Source: an uncultured bacterium
Lineage (GTDB): Bacteria; Bacillota; Clostridia; TANB77; CAG-508
Assembly: GCA_905215615.1 (NCBI GenBank)
Contig: CAJMQM010000002.1
Coordinates: 1-37,336 of the forward strand
Direction: 5' to 3'
Length of the DNA: 37,336 nt
In this document: piece after piece, positions 1-9,605 of the stretch
Position numbering within the stretch: position 1 is the first letter of the stretch
Layout of the letters: every line of letters begins with the position of its first letter
Translations under genes and position numbers: made by a program
The notes under the pieces: model-generated
Seen by the model: only the letters and a program-made list of their open reading frames with translations
The model's database searches: none
What the model was told of the DNA's origin: nothing

Positions 1-1
1 A

Positions 2-1621
2 AAAAGAACCCAGCCAATAGGAATAGAATTAGTTAAAAGAGGAATAGTTACAGAAGCAGATATTGATAAAGCATTAGATTACCAAAAAAGACATCCAAAA
101 AAGAAAATAGGGGATATATTAGATATATTAAGATTATGTGATCCACATGTATTAATAGATGCAATAGGAGAAATATTAGAAGAGAAAGCTATATATTTAC
201 AAGAAAATGATATTAAAATAAATGTTTTAGATTATGTATCTTTAGATATTATAAAAGAAAATAAAGCGATACCATTTGACATATCTTCTGGTAGAGTAAA
301 AGTATGTTTTGCAGATACTTCAAATAGAAAGTCTATAGATGTAATAAGATTATTACTTTTGAATAAAGGTCTTGTAATGGACAGATACATTACATTTGAA
401 AGTAATATAGAAAATATAATTAACTCTTTAGAAGGAGTAGTTTCAGACGATATTGATACTAACACAGATGTATCTGGATTAATAGATACTATTATAAAAA
501 CTGCTATGGAAAAAAGAGCTAGTGATATTCATATAGAGCCATTAGAAAAATTTATAAGGGTTAGATATAGAATAGATGGACAATTAATTACAGCTGTTAC
601 AATAGAAAAAGAAAAACAAGCACAAATAATAGGAAGATTAAAAGCTATATCTAATATGCACCAAGAAAAACAAGACCCACAAGATGGTAGAATTTTGGCA
701 TACCCAGATTATAATATTCGTGTATCTTCACAAAAAAATGTTAATGGCGAAAAGTTTGTGCTTAGGTTATTAAAGAAAAATGAAGATATAAAAAGACTAT
801 TTGAGCTTGGTTTCCCAGAAGATGAGCAAATGGTTAACGAATATTTTAACAAGAAAAATAGCATTACAGTTATTGCTGCTCCAACAGGAGAAGGTAAAAC
901 AACTACATTATACAGTATTATAGATTATTTAAATAGACCAGAAATAAATATTACTACAATTGAAGACCCAGTAGAAATAAGAATTGATGGATTAAACCAA
1001 ATAGAGGTTGACCCAAAAACAAGTTTCCAAGATTCTTTAAGAACTGTTTTAAGACAAGACCCAGATGTAATTCTTGTAGGAGAAATTAGAGATAGGGAAA
1101 CAGCCGAGATTGCTATGCAAGCTGGTCAAACAGGACATTATGTTTTATCTACAATACACACAATTGATGCAGTAGAAGTTATAACTAGATTAAGAAAAAT
1201 GGGAGTTTCAGACTATGATATATCAAGCACACTTGCAACATCAGTTTCTGAAAGATTAGTAAGAAGATTTTGCCCAAATTGTGCAAGAGAAAGAGAACTT
1301 AATGCAAAAGAAAAAGAAATAATAAACAAATTTGCAGAAAAATATGATTACAAATTTAACTTAGAAAATGCAAAAACATATGATATAGTTGGTTGTAAAA
1401 AGTGTAACAATACAGGTTATTATGGCAGAATTGGTATATTTGAAGTATTGCCTATTACAGATGCAATAAGAGAGTTAATTATAAAAGGTGCATCAAGCAT
1501 AGAAATAAGAAAAGCAGCATTAGAAAATGGTTATAAACCTTTGGTAATAGATGGTATAAATAAAGTTCTTGAAGGAATAACTACATTAGATGAAATTAAC
1601 AACAAATTGGTTATATATTAA
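2..1621 (+). CDS. pilB: Type IV pilus assembly ATPase PilB (GspE/T2SSE family); 5' end lies outside the window
   Basis: Frame 2 is open from base 2 (KRTQPIGIELVKRGIVTEADIDKALDYQ..., a GspE-type N-terminal domain) and runs into the listed 359..1621 ORF. Walker A APTGEGKTTT, Walker B/Asp box DPDVILVGEIRD, His box region, and tetracysteine CPNC...CKKC typical of PilB-type ATPases. Followed directly by pilT and pilC. Confidence 0.9.
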   Translation, partial: KRTQPIGIELVKRGIVTEADIDKALDYQKRHPKKKIGDILDILRLCDPHVLIDAIGEILEEKAIYLQENDIKINVLDYVSLDIIKENKAIPFDISSGRVKVCFADTSNRKSIDVIRLLLLNKGLVMDRYITFESNIENIINSLEGVVSDDIDTNTDVSGLIDTIIKTAMEKRASDIHIEPLEKFIRVRYRIDGQLITAVTIEKEKQAQIIGRLKAISNMHQEKQDPQDGRILAYPDYNIRVSSQKNVNGEKFVLRLLKKNEDIKRLFELGFPEDEQMVNEYFNKKNSITVIAAPTGEGKTTTLYSIIDYLNRPEINITTIEDPVEIRIDGLNQIEVDPKTSFQDSLRTVLRQDPDVILVGEIRDRETAEIAMQAGQTGHYVLSTIHTIDAVEVITRLRKMGVSDYDISSTLATSVSERLVRRFCPNCARERELNAKEKEIINKFAEKYDYKFNLENAKTYDIVGCKKCNNTGYYGRIGIFEVLPITDAIRELIIKGASSIEIRKAALENGYKPLVIDGINKVLEGITTLDEINNKLVIY

Positions 1622-1642
1622 CAAAAGATAGGGGGAAGAATA

Positions 1643-2764
1643 ATGATAGACATAGACAAAATTATGTACTTGGCAATTAAAAAAGATGCCTCAGATATTC
1701 ATTTAATTGCTGGAATAAAACCTACAATGAGAATAAGAAGAAAACTTGTAAATTATGAAGACTTTGACGAATTAACAGAAGAAGATATGTGGGAAATATA
1801 TGACTACTTTGTTAGAGGCAATGTAGATAAAGATAGAGTTTTTAAAGAAACTAAAAAATTAGACTCATCATTTGTATTTTCAGATATTCGTTTAAGAGTA
1901 AATATATCACTTTCAAACGAAATACCAGTTATAACTTTAAGACTTATAAAAAATGTGTTGCCAACATACGAGTCTTTAGGTGTTCCAGATATAGTAAGAA
2001 GGATGATGTACCAACAACAAGGACTTATACTTGTAACAGGTAAAACTAACTCTGGTAAAACAACAACATTAAATGCACTAATTAATGAAATTAATGAAAA
2101 TCAAAATAAAAAAATATTAACATTAGAAAGTCCAATAGAATATAAACACAAATGTAAAAAATCAATTATAGTACAAAAAGAAGTAGGTGTTGGACAAGAT
2201 TGCTTATCATATAGTGATGGTGTTAAAAACTCATTAAGAGAAGATGTAGATATTCTAGTTATTGGAGAGATACGTGATAGAGAAACAATGGATGCAGCCA
2301 TAGAAACTGCAGAATCAGGACATTTAGTAATTGGTACACTTCATACAAAATCTTGTGCAGAAACAATAGACAGGATGATAAACTTCTATGATGTTAGAGA
2401 CCAACAAACTATAAAATTCCTAATTGCATCTTTACTAAAATTAGTTGTATCACAAAGACTTTTAACAGGAAGAACAGGAGAACTTGTATTAGTTCCAGAA
2501 GTTATGGTAGTAGACAATGTAGTATCTGGATTAATTAGAAAAGATAAAATAAGTGTATCAGAAATAGAAGATGCTATACAAAGTAATTCAGAAAAAGGTA
2601 GCATAGGATTAATAAATTCTTTAGCAGAGTTATTTACAAATGATAAAATTACATTAGACCAAGCTAAAGCGCAAATAGAAGAAAGAAACATAGAAATATT
2701 AAATAGAACTATAATGCAATTAAAAATAAAGAAAGAAAGCAAAACAAGAAAACAAGAAGATTAG
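1643..2764 (+). CDS. pilT: Type IV pilus retraction (twitching motility) ATPase PilT
   Basis: 373 aa with no N-terminal GspE domain. Walker A GKTNSGKTTT, Walker B DILVIGEIRD, His box ESGHLVIGTLHT. RBS gggggaag lies upstream of the ATG. Sits between pilB and pilC. Confidence 0.85.
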   Translation: MIDIDKIMYLAIKKDASDIHLIAGIKPTMRIRRKLVNYEDFDELTEEDMWEIYDYFVRGNVDKDRVFKETKKLDSSFVFSDIRLRVNISLSNEIPVITLRLIKNVLPTYESLGVPDIVRRMMYQQQGLILVTGKTNSGKTTTLNALINEINENQNKKILTLESPIEYKHKCKKSIIVQKEVGVGQDCLSYSDGVKNSLREDVDILVIGEIRDRETMDAAIETAESGHLVIGTLHTKSCAETIDRMINFYDVRDQQTIKFLIASLLKLVVSQRLLTGRTGELVLVPEVMVVDNVVSGLIRKDKISVSEIEDAIQSNSEKGSIGLINSLAELFTNDKITLDQAKAQIEERNIEILNRTIMQLKIKKESKTRKQED

Positions 2765-2780
2765 AAGGGAGGAAATATAG

Positions 2781-4133
2781 ATGCCTGAATATGTTTATAG
2801 AGCTGTAACTGAAAAAGGGCAAGTAGTAAGAAATAGGGTAGAAGATGTTAGTAAAAACACTTTAATCAAAAGATTAAAAAGTAACAACTTATTACCAATT
2901 AGTGTTTCTCAAGTAGGTTATAGAAGTGTAAGAAAACATAAAAATAAAAAGAGAAATGTAACAGATATAGACGATATTATGAAAATGGCAAACTCAGCAG
3001 ATGTAATGCAAGGTAGAAGAGCCAGAGACCAAAAATTGTCTGAAAAAGTTAGTTTAGCCTTATCTTTGGAGGAAAGAATAACAGAAAGAGATGTAAGAAT
3101 ATTTACACAAAACTTTTATCTTTTAAAGAAAGCTAACTTTAATAACATACATGCTTTAAATACTTTAATACAAAGTACAGAAAATATGTCTTTTAGAGGA
3201 GTACTAGAAGATATATTGGCAGGTGTTGAAGCAGGTGAATATATGTATACAACAATGGAATATTATTCTGATATATTCCCATATATATATATTAACATGA
3301 TAAAAGTTGGAGAGTTATCTGGTTCTCTTACTAAATCGTTAGAGCAAGCTGTAAAATATTTGGATGATACAAACTCAAGAAATAGAAAATTAAAATCTAT
3401 TTTAATACCAAACATTATACAATTTGTAGCAATTTTAGTATTACTATTTGCGGGAACAATTTATGTATTACCACTAATACAAGGCGTATTTGAGCAAGTA
3501 GGTTCAAGTGTACAATTACCAGACATAACACTATGGTTTATGGATGTAGTAAATACGCTTGTTGCATATTGGTATATACCAGTAATAATTATAGCAGCTA
3601 TAGTTGGAGGAATTTTATGGTATATAAATACACCAAAAGGAATGTATAACTTCGATTACTTTAAATATAAAATGCCAGTATTTGGTTCGTTAATATATGC
3701 AATAGACTTTTCAAGATTAATGAGAGCAATGCTTTTAAACCTAGAAAATGGTATGAGAATACAAGAGGCATTGGAAGTTTCAAAATCGGTAGTAAAGAAT
3801 TATGTTATGCTTTCAATAATAGAGGCATCTATAAACAATCTTTTAATAGGTGGCTCATGGATAGAACCATTTGAAAATTCTGGATTATCTTCACCAATGG
3901 AAACAGAAATGCTTAAAATAGGTATGCAAACAGATTTACCAGAAATGATGTCAAAATTGTTAGATTATATGGACATAGATATAGACAACAAGATGCAAAA
4001 GATAATGATGGTATTACCAGAAATCTCATATGCAATTGTTGGAATACTATTAATATTCTTAGTAATTGTAGTATTAGTACCATGTATCGAACTATATATG
4101 GGTAACTGGTTAATTGACGCAATGGGAGTTTAA
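2781..4133 (+). CDS. pilC: Type IV pilus platform protein PilC (T2SS protein F family)
   Basis: 450 aa polytopic membrane protein with duplicated GspF-like architecture (hydrophobic segments around aa 205-230, 255-280 and 420-445). RBS agggagg precedes the ATG. Operon context with pilB and pilT. Confidence 0.85.
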   Translation: MPEYVYRAVTEKGQVVRNRVEDVSKNTLIKRLKSNNLLPISVSQVGYRSVRKHKNKKRNVTDIDDIMKMANSADVMQGRRARDQKLSEKVSLALSLEERITERDVRIFTQNFYLLKKANFNNIHALNTLIQSTENMSFRGVLEDILAGVEAGEYMYTTMEYYSDIFPYIYINMIKVGELSGSLTKSLEQAVKYLDDTNSRNRKLKSILIPNIIQFVAILVLLFAGTIYVLPLIQGVFEQVGSSVQLPDITLWFMDVVNTLVAYWYIPVIIIAAIVGGILWYINTPKGMYNFDYFKYKMPVFGSLIYAIDFSRLMRAMLLNLENGMRIQEALEVSKSVVKNYVMLSIIEASINNLLIGGSWIEPFENSGLSSPMETEMLKIGMQTDLPEMMSKLLDYMDIDIDNKMQKIMMVLPEISYAIVGILLIFLVIVVLVPCIELYMGNWLIDAMGV

Positions 4134-4145
4134 TAAAAAATTAGA

Positions 4146-4176
4146 AAAAATAGGGGCTATAAAGCCTCTATTTTTG
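4146..4176 (+). terminator. Rho-independent terminator after pilC
   Basis: Stem taggggct / agcctcta with loop ataa, followed by ttttt. Coordinates hand-counted. Confidence 0.6.
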
Positions 4177-4343
4177 TAAATATGGAAAAAAGTTAAATTC
4201 TAAAATATATGTTAATTTCATAAAATTTATAACAATATATGATATAATATAGATGTAATAAATATTATAAACAAAAAAATATATTAAAACAAATATTATA
4301 TATAGGAAAATGTATATTAAAAATTTATATTTAAGGAGAATTT

Positions 4344-5231
4344 ATGAAAATAGGAATTGATATTGGTGGTAGCCATATAGCTATTGCTTTAGTAAATGAA
4401 GAAGGTAAAATAATAGAAAAAAACGAAACAGATATAGAAGATATAGAAAATGCAGAAATATTTATAGAAAAATACATTATGAAAAATATTTATAACATGA
4501 TACCACAAAAAGACATTGAATTAATTGGAATTGCTTCACCAGGAACACCAAAAGATGGAAAAATATTTTCAATGTATAATTTAGGAATACAAGAATTAGA
4601 TATAGCAAAAATGATACAAAAATACTACAATATTCCAATAAGCATAAGAAATGATGGAAAATGTTCTGCTTTAGCAGAAAAGAAATATGGTAGTTTAAAA
4701 GAATATGATGACTGTATATTTTTGTGCATGGGAACTGGAATTGGAGCGGGAGTATTTTTAAATGGAGAACTTCTTGAAACTAAAAGAGCACCAGGATTCG
4801 AAATAGGTCATATGGTTATAAATAAAAATGGTATAAAGTGTAATTGTGGTAAAACTGGTTGTTTTGAGACACACTGTTCAATGAAAAGGTTTAAAGACAA
4901 TGCAAAAACTATTTTAAACTTAAATTCAGATATACCATCAGTGGAATTATTAGATATTATTGAAAAGCATAAAGAAGATGCTAAAATAAAAGAATTAATA
5001 GAAGAATATATAAATAACCTAATAATAGGATTTTCAAATATAATAGATATGTTTGAGCCAGAGGCAATTTCACTTGGTGGAAGTTTTGTATACTTTAGAG
5101 ATGTATTTTATGACAAACTAGTATCTGAATTTAATAAAAGAAAGTATTATTTTAATAAAGATATAAAAACAGAAATAAAATTAGCTATGCTAGGAAATGA
5201 CGCTGGAATAATAGGCGCAACAATAAATTAG
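4344..5231 (+). CDS. ROK family sugar kinase (glucokinase-like)
   Basis: N-terminal IGIDIGGSHI ATP-binding motif. ROK zinc motif CNCGKTGCFETHCS. 295 aa. RBS aaggag. Confidence 0.8.
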   Translation: MKIGIDIGGSHIAIALVNEEGKIIEKNETDIEDIENAEIFIEKYIMKNIYNMIPQKDIELIGIASPGTPKDGKIFSMYNLGIQELDIAKMIQKYYNIPISIRNDGKCSALAEKKYGSLKEYDDCIFLCMGTGIGAGVFLNGELLETKRAPGFEIGHMVINKNGIKCNCGKTGCFETHCSMKRFKDNAKTILNLNSDIPSVELLDIIEKHKEDAKIKELIEEYINNLIIGFSNIIDMFEPEAISLGGSFVYFRDVFYDKLVSEFNKRKYYFNKDIKTEIKLAMLGNDAGIIGATIN

Positions 5232-5235
5232 TAAT

Positions 5236-5264
5236 TTGACAAAATAGGGAACATATAGTATAAT
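5236..5264 (+). promoter_or_regulatory. Consensus sigma-A promoter (TTGACA-17-TATAAT) for the rnj transcript
   Basis: ttgaca at 5236-5241, exactly 17-nt spacer, tataat at 5259-5264, about 270 nt upstream of the rnj ATG. Confidence 0.7.
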
Positions 5265-5532
5265 ATTAAACAGTTGTTACCAAGAGATGGTAAAGAAGAG
5301 ATTTATATATTATTTATTTTATAATTGGCTAAAATATAGTTAGTTTTGTTTTGTGCGGGTTAATATTATATAATAAAATATACTTTTGTGCGTGAATTTT
5401 TGAAAGTATATTATTAAATATATAAGTATTTTAAAATTAATATGTTTTAAATATTACAAACTAACTGTATATTTTTTCCAATTCTAGATATTACTATATA
5501 GACCTTAACAAAGAAAGAAGGAGAGAAAATAT
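5265..5532 (+). promoter_or_regulatory. Long structured 5' leader of rnj
   Basis: 25-nt imperfect inverted repeat (5323-5347 aattggctaaaatatagttagtttg versus 5457-5483 caaactaactgtatattttttccaatt). It encloses a perfect 10-bp hairpin (5377-5386 aatatacttt / 5403-5412 aaagtatatt) and a ttttgtgcg direct repeat. Confidence 0.5.
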
Positions 5533-7398
5533 ATGACAAATGAAATTAATACAAATGAAGCTAGGCTTAAGAGAAGAAATGAAAATAGCCTAGTAAGAAA
5601 AAACACGCCTAAAAATCAAAAGAAAAGCGGAGCTAGAGTTAATAAAACAACAGAGCATAGAGAGGTTAGAGAAGAAAGAACAAAGAAAAATGAAACAAGA
5701 AAATCAAATTCAAATAAAAGAAGTTTAGATTTTTCATTTAAAAAGTCTAATTTAAAAATAGCACCTTTAGGTGGACTTGGTGAAATTGGAAAAAATATTA
5801 CGGTATTTGAATATGAGGATGAAATTGTAGTTATAGACTGTGGTTTAGAGTTTCCAGAAGATGACATGCTAGGTGTAGATTTAGTTATACCAGATGTAAG
5901 TTATTTAGTTAAAAACAAAGAAAAAGTAAAAGGTATAGTTATAACACACGGACATGAGGATCACATAGGAGCTATTCCTTATATTTTAAAACAAATAAAT
6001 GTACCTATTTATGCAACAAGATTAACCATTGAACTAATAAAAAATAAACTAGAAGAACATCATCTTTTAAGAAGTGCAAAGTTAAATGTAGTAGAACAAG
6101 GACATACAGTTAATTTTGGAAAAATGAAAGCAGAATTTATAAGAAGTTCTCATAGTATTCCAGATGCTGTAATGATAGCAATGCATACTCCAGTAGGTGT
6201 AGTGCTTCATACAGGAGACTTTAAAGTAGATTATACACCAATAGATGATAAAATAATGGACCTAGGTAGAATTGCAGAACTTGGAAACAAAGGTGTACTT
6301 GCATTACTTTCAGATAGTACAAACTCAGAGAAAAAAGGATTTACTATGTCTGAAAGTAGCATAGGAGATGTATTTGATAGACTTTTCCAAGGAAACAAAA
6401 AAAGAATAGTAGTTGCTACATTTGCGTCAAATGTTCATAGGGTTCAACAAATTGTGAATTCAGCTGTTAAATATGGAAGAAAAGTAGCAATTTGCGGTAG
6501 AAGTATGATAAATATGATAGAAGCAGCTAGAAAACTTGGCTATATAGAAGTTCCAGATAATGTATTTATAGATATAGACATGATTAAAAACTATACAGAT
6601 GAGCAACTAGTTATTATTACAACAGGAAGCCAAGGAGAGGCAATGTCTGCTCTTACAAGGATGGCAAATGGTGAGCATAAAAAAGTTACTTTAACACCAA
6701 ACGATATGGTAATTATATCTGCAACACCAATTCCAGGAAATGAAAAAGGTGTTTCTAGAGTTATTAACGAATTAATGAAAATAGGAACAGAAGTTATATA
6801 TAGCTCATTAGAAGCAATACATGTTTCAGGACATGCTTGCCAAGAAGAGCAAAAACTAATATTAGCATTAGCAAAACCTAAATACTTTATTCCAGTTCAT
6901 GGTGAATATAGGCAACTAAAAGCACATATGGAAACTGCTAAACAAATAGGCATTGATCCTGAAAATATATTCATTTTAGAAAATGGTAGAGTACTTGAAC
7001 TAAACGAAAATGAAGCTAAGTTTACAACAACAATTCCTTCTGGTAAAATTTTAGTAGATGGACTTGGAGTTGGAGATGTAGGAAATATAGTTTTAAGAGA
7101 TAGACAACACTTATCACAAGATGGTTTAATAGTAATAGTTATGACAATGGATTCAAATACTGGAGAAGTAATATCTGGTCCAGATGTTGTTTCAAGAGGA
7201 TTTGTTTATGTAAGAGAATCTGAAAACTTAATGGACGAAGTAAAGCAAGTAATTGCAGAAGAAGTTAGAAAATGCGAGGAGAATAGCATAAGAGATTGGA
7301 GTACAATTAAGTCTAATATTAAAGACACATTAAGAGACTATATATTTACAAAAACAAAGAGAAATCCAATGATTTTACCAATTATAATGGAAGTATAA
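5533..7398 (+). CDS. rnj: Ribonuclease J (metallo-beta-lactamase / beta-CASP RNase) with a basic N-terminal extension
   Basis: PLGGLGEIGKN start of the conserved core, HGHEDHIG metal motif, beta-CASP and C-terminal domain. 621 aa, of which the first ~70 are Lys/Arg/Asn-rich. Confidence 0.9.
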   Translation: MTNEINTNEARLKRRNENSLVRKNTPKNQKKSGARVNKTTEHREVREERTKKNETRKSNSNKRSLDFSFKKSNLKIAPLGGLGEIGKNITVFEYEDEIVVIDCGLEFPEDDMLGVDLVIPDVSYLVKNKEKVKGIVITHGHEDHIGAIPYILKQINVPIYATRLTIELIKNKLEEHHLLRSAKLNVVEQGHTVNFGKMKAEFIRSSHSIPDAVMIAMHTPVGVVLHTGDFKVDYTPIDDKIMDLGRIAELGNKGVLALLSDSTNSEKKGFTMSESSIGDVFDRLFQGNKKRIVVATFASNVHRVQQIVNSAVKYGRKVAICGRSMINMIEAARKLGYIEVPDNVFIDIDMIKNYTDEQLVIITTGSQGEAMSALTRMANGEHKKVTLTPNDMVIISATPIPGNEKGVSRVINELMKIGTEVIYSSLEAIHVSGHACQEEQKLILALAKPKYFIPVHGEYRQLKAHMETAKQIGIDPENIFILENGRVLELNENEAKFTTTIPSGKILVDGLGVGDVGNIVLRDRQHLSQDGLIVIVMTMDSNTGEVISGPDVVSRGFVYVRESENLMDEVKQVIAEEVRKCEENSIRDWSTIKSNIKDTLRDYIFTKTKRNPMILPIIMEV

Positions 7399-7403
7399 TT
7401 GGT

Positions 7404-7435
7404 AAAGAGGCTACTTAGGTAGTCTCTTTTCTTTT
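7404..7435 (+). terminator. Rho-independent terminator after rnj
   Basis: agaggctac / gtagtctct stem followed by a T-rich run. Confidence 0.6.
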
Positions 7436-7492
7436 ATGGAAGAAAAATTCTATAATTAATAAATTCTATTATTAAAGTTCTTCATTAAATTA

Positions 7493-7521
7493 TTGCAGAA
7501 TACGCAAAATTGCAGTATAAT
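7493..7521 (+). promoter_or_regulatory. Sigma-A promoter for gltX (TTGCAG-17-TATAAT)
   Basis: ttgcag 7493-7498, 17-nt spacer, tataat 7516-7521. Short leader to the RBS agaggag. Confidence 0.6.
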
Positions 7522-7554
7522 AGTACCATCGATTAAAAGAAAAGAGGAGTACAT

Positions 7555-9192
7555 ATGAATTATAAAGAATTAGCAGATTTAATATTTCCAAATGCGAAGC
7601 CAATTACTTATTATGAGGAGAAGTACCCAGCAAGAGACCTAAAAGAAGGTGCTGCTGTAGTTAGATTTGCTCCAAGTCCAACAGGGTTTGTTCATATAGG
7701 AGGGCTTTACCAAAGTATTATAAATAAGAAAATTGCGGACCAAACAGAAGGAGTATTTATATTAAGAGTAGAAGATACGGACCAAAAGAGACAAATAGAA
7801 AATGGTGTAGTACAAATAGTAGATTCGCTAAAAGATTTTGACATAATACCAGATGAAGGTATGACAGGAGAAAATTCAGAAAAAGGAATATATGGACCAT
7901 ATAAACAAAGCAATAGAAAAGAAATATATCAAGCATTTGCAAAATACTTAATAGAGCAGGGGAAAGCATATCCATGTTTTGCTAGTACAGAAGAACTAGA
8001 AGAAATGAGAAAAAAACAAGAAGAGGCTAAAATTAGACCAGGTTATTATGGAATATGGGCAAAATACAGAACATTATCAGTAGATGAAGCGGCAGAAAAA
8101 ATAAAGGCAGGAGAACCATGGGTTATACGTTTTAAATCTATGGGACAAGAAGATAGAAAGATTAAGCATCATGACTTAATAAAAGGAAATATAGAATTCC
8201 CAGAAAATGACCAAGATATAGTTATAATAAAAGCAGATGGACTTCCAACATATCATTTCGCACATGCTGTAGATGACCATTTAATGAGAGTAACTCATGT
8301 AATTCGTGCAGATGAGTGGTTATCTTCTGTACCTTTACATTTAGAATTATTTAAATCATTAGGATTTAAAGCACCTAGATATGCACATACTGCATCTATT
8401 ATGAAAGAAGAAGATGGAAAGAAACGTAAAATTAGTAAAAGAAAAGACCCAGAAGCAGCAGTTAGCTATTACCATGAAGAAGGAATACCATCACAAGCTG
8501 TTTATGAGTATTTGTTGAATATTGCAAATTCAAATTTTGAGGGTTGGAGAAAAGCAAACCCAGATAAAGACTTCTCAGAATTCAAGTTTGAATTAGGTAA
8601 AATGAGCGTAAGTGGTGCTGTATTTGATTTAGTAAAATTGTTGGATGTTTCAAAAAATGTTATATCTAAATATACTAAAGAAAGACTATATGAAGAAGTT
8701 CTAACATGGGCAAAAAGATATGATAAAGAGTTAGAAGAGATGCTAGAAGATAAGGATTATTCACTAAAGGTATTAGGAATAGAAAGAGGAAATGCTAAGC
8801 CTAGAAAAGATATTGCTAAATGGAGTGACGTAAAAGATAGTATTATATATATGTATGATAATAAATTTTTAAATTCTGAAATAGATTATCAATTTGGAAA
8901 AATTAATGATAAAGAGGAAATTAAAAAAATATTATCTTCATACATGGAAAAATATTTCAATATTGCAGATGACAAACAAACATGGTTTGATAAAATAAAA
9001 GACTTATCAGAAGAGTTTGGGTATGCAAGAGAAGTAAAAGAATATAAGCAAAATCCAGAGCAATATAAAGGGCATGTTGGAGATGTAAGTACAGTTTTAA
9101 GAGTTGCATTAACTGGTAGACAAAATACACCAGACTTATACGAAATAATGCAAGTTCTAGGGGAAGACAGTATAAAAGCAAGAATAAAATAA
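7555..9192 (+). CDS. gltX: Glutamate--tRNA ligase (long form)
   Basis: Class I aaRS motifs: RFAPSPTGFVHIGG (HIGH) and KISKRK (KMSKS). 545 aa. Confidence 0.9.
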   Translation: MNYKELADLIFPNAKPITYYEEKYPARDLKEGAAVVRFAPSPTGFVHIGGLYQSIINKKIADQTEGVFILRVEDTDQKRQIENGVVQIVDSLKDFDIIPDEGMTGENSEKGIYGPYKQSNRKEIYQAFAKYLIEQGKAYPCFASTEELEEMRKKQEEAKIRPGYYGIWAKYRTLSVDEAAEKIKAGEPWVIRFKSMGQEDRKIKHHDLIKGNIEFPENDQDIVIIKADGLPTYHFAHAVDDHLMRVTHVIRADEWLSSVPLHLELFKSLGFKAPRYAHTASIMKEEDGKKRKISKRKDPEAAVSYYHEEGIPSQAVYEYLLNIANSNFEGWRKANPDKDFSEFKFELGKMSVSGAVFDLVKLLDVSKNVISKYTKERLYEEVLTWAKRYDKELEEMLEDKDYSLKVLGIERGNAKPRKDIAKWSDVKDSIIYMYDNKFLNSEIDYQFGKINDKEEIKKILSSYMEKYFNIADDKQTWFDKIKDLSEEFGYAREVKEYKQNPEQYKGHVGDVSTVLRVALTGRQNTPDLYEIMQVLGEDSIKARIK

Positions 9193-9204
9193 AAAATAAA
9201 AATG

Positions 9205-9248
9205 AAACAGACCAAAGGTTCTCTTGCGAGATTTTGGTCTGTTTTTTT
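9205..9248. terminator. Bidirectional terminator shared by gltX and the convergent small ORF
   Basis: Perfect 9-bp stem cagaccaaa / tttggtctg, flanked by an A-run upstream and ttttttt downstream. Confidence 0.75.
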
Positions 9249-9264
9249 GCTAACCCTAAATGGG

Positions 9265-9507
9265 TCAGAACTGGGTGAGACGAATAAGCTTACGCCGTGA
9301 ATATCCCTGCCCAGACATATCGCAAATCGCCTGGAGATAGGGTTTAGGTGCATAGACCTTAACCGATACTCCGCTTACGATGGAAACAATTTTAACGTCG
9401 GGGAAGGTCTCCGATAGATTGCTGCTAAAAGAATCAGCTAACTCTTCGTTAGCGAACTCAATCCGTAAATCCTCGGTAGTTTTTTTTGCCTTGCTCTTCT
9501 TAGCCAT
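9265..9507 (-). CDS. Small hypothetical protein (80 aa) with foreign, GC-rich codon usage
   Basis: ATG at 9507 is preceded by GGAG 9 nt upstream (the listed ORF start at 9522 has no RBS). It has its own consensus promoter and a terminator. It uses codons such as cgg, ccc, tcg, ctc and ggg that are rare elsewhere in the window. I recognise no family. Confidence 0.5.
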   Translation of the reverse strand: MAKKSKAKKTTEDLRIEFANEELADSFSSNLSETFPDVKIVSIVSGVSVKVYAPKPYLQAICDMSGQGYSRRKLIRLTQF

Positions 9508-9576
9508 AATGTCACACTCCACTGGGTTATTTGCTCAAATGAACAAACCGAGATAAAGTTCATTGAACATATTAAT

Positions 9577-9605
9577 ATTATAATATGAAAACGCTATTTA
9601 GTCAA
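9577..9605 (-). promoter_or_regulatory. Sigma-A promoter (TTGACT-17-TATAAT) for the small GC-rich ORF
   Basis: Minus strand: ttgact (plus 9600-9605), 17-nt spacer, tataat (plus 9577-9582). Located just downstream of the engB stop. Confidence 0.6.

Noticed and set aside
2386-2742. Antisense ORFs inside well-supported genes: 232..465, 2101..2301, 2386..2742, 3913..4122, 5616..5867, 7707..7975, 8889..9353, 12175..12417, 14311..14547, 14796..15011, 16221..16415, 18334..18522, 18745..18954, 22188..22529, 23307..23537, 23643..24137, 25665..25877, 27006..27290, 28303..28722, 29315..29726, 30750..30941, 31334..31516, 31673..32023, 32088..32321, 33350..33547, 34203..34397, 34592..34777, 35446..36358, 36833..37018
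   Set aside because: All lie opposite or overlap ORFs with clear family motifs. They have low-complexity Leu/Phe/Ile/Ser-rich translations typical of AT-rich shadow frames and lack RBS signals.
9249-9560. Possibility that GC-rich islet 1 is a known structured RNA (tmRNA, SRP RNA, RNase P RNA or 6S RNA)
   Set aside because: I could not find the hallmark motifs on either strand: tmRNA GGGG 5' end, tRNA-like CCA 3' end or ANDNFALAA-type tag frame; RNase P GAGGAAAGUCC; SRP GGAA/AGCA tetraloop helix. The segment also has an ORF with an RBS. An unknown RNA function is not excluded; see the findings.
9507-9570. A 5'-3' closing stem for the small GC-rich ORF, analogous to the one around the purA fragment
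   Set aside because: Only an interrupted ~8-bp complementarity exists (gc-aaa-taaccc versus gggttagc), which is too weak to distinguish from chance.
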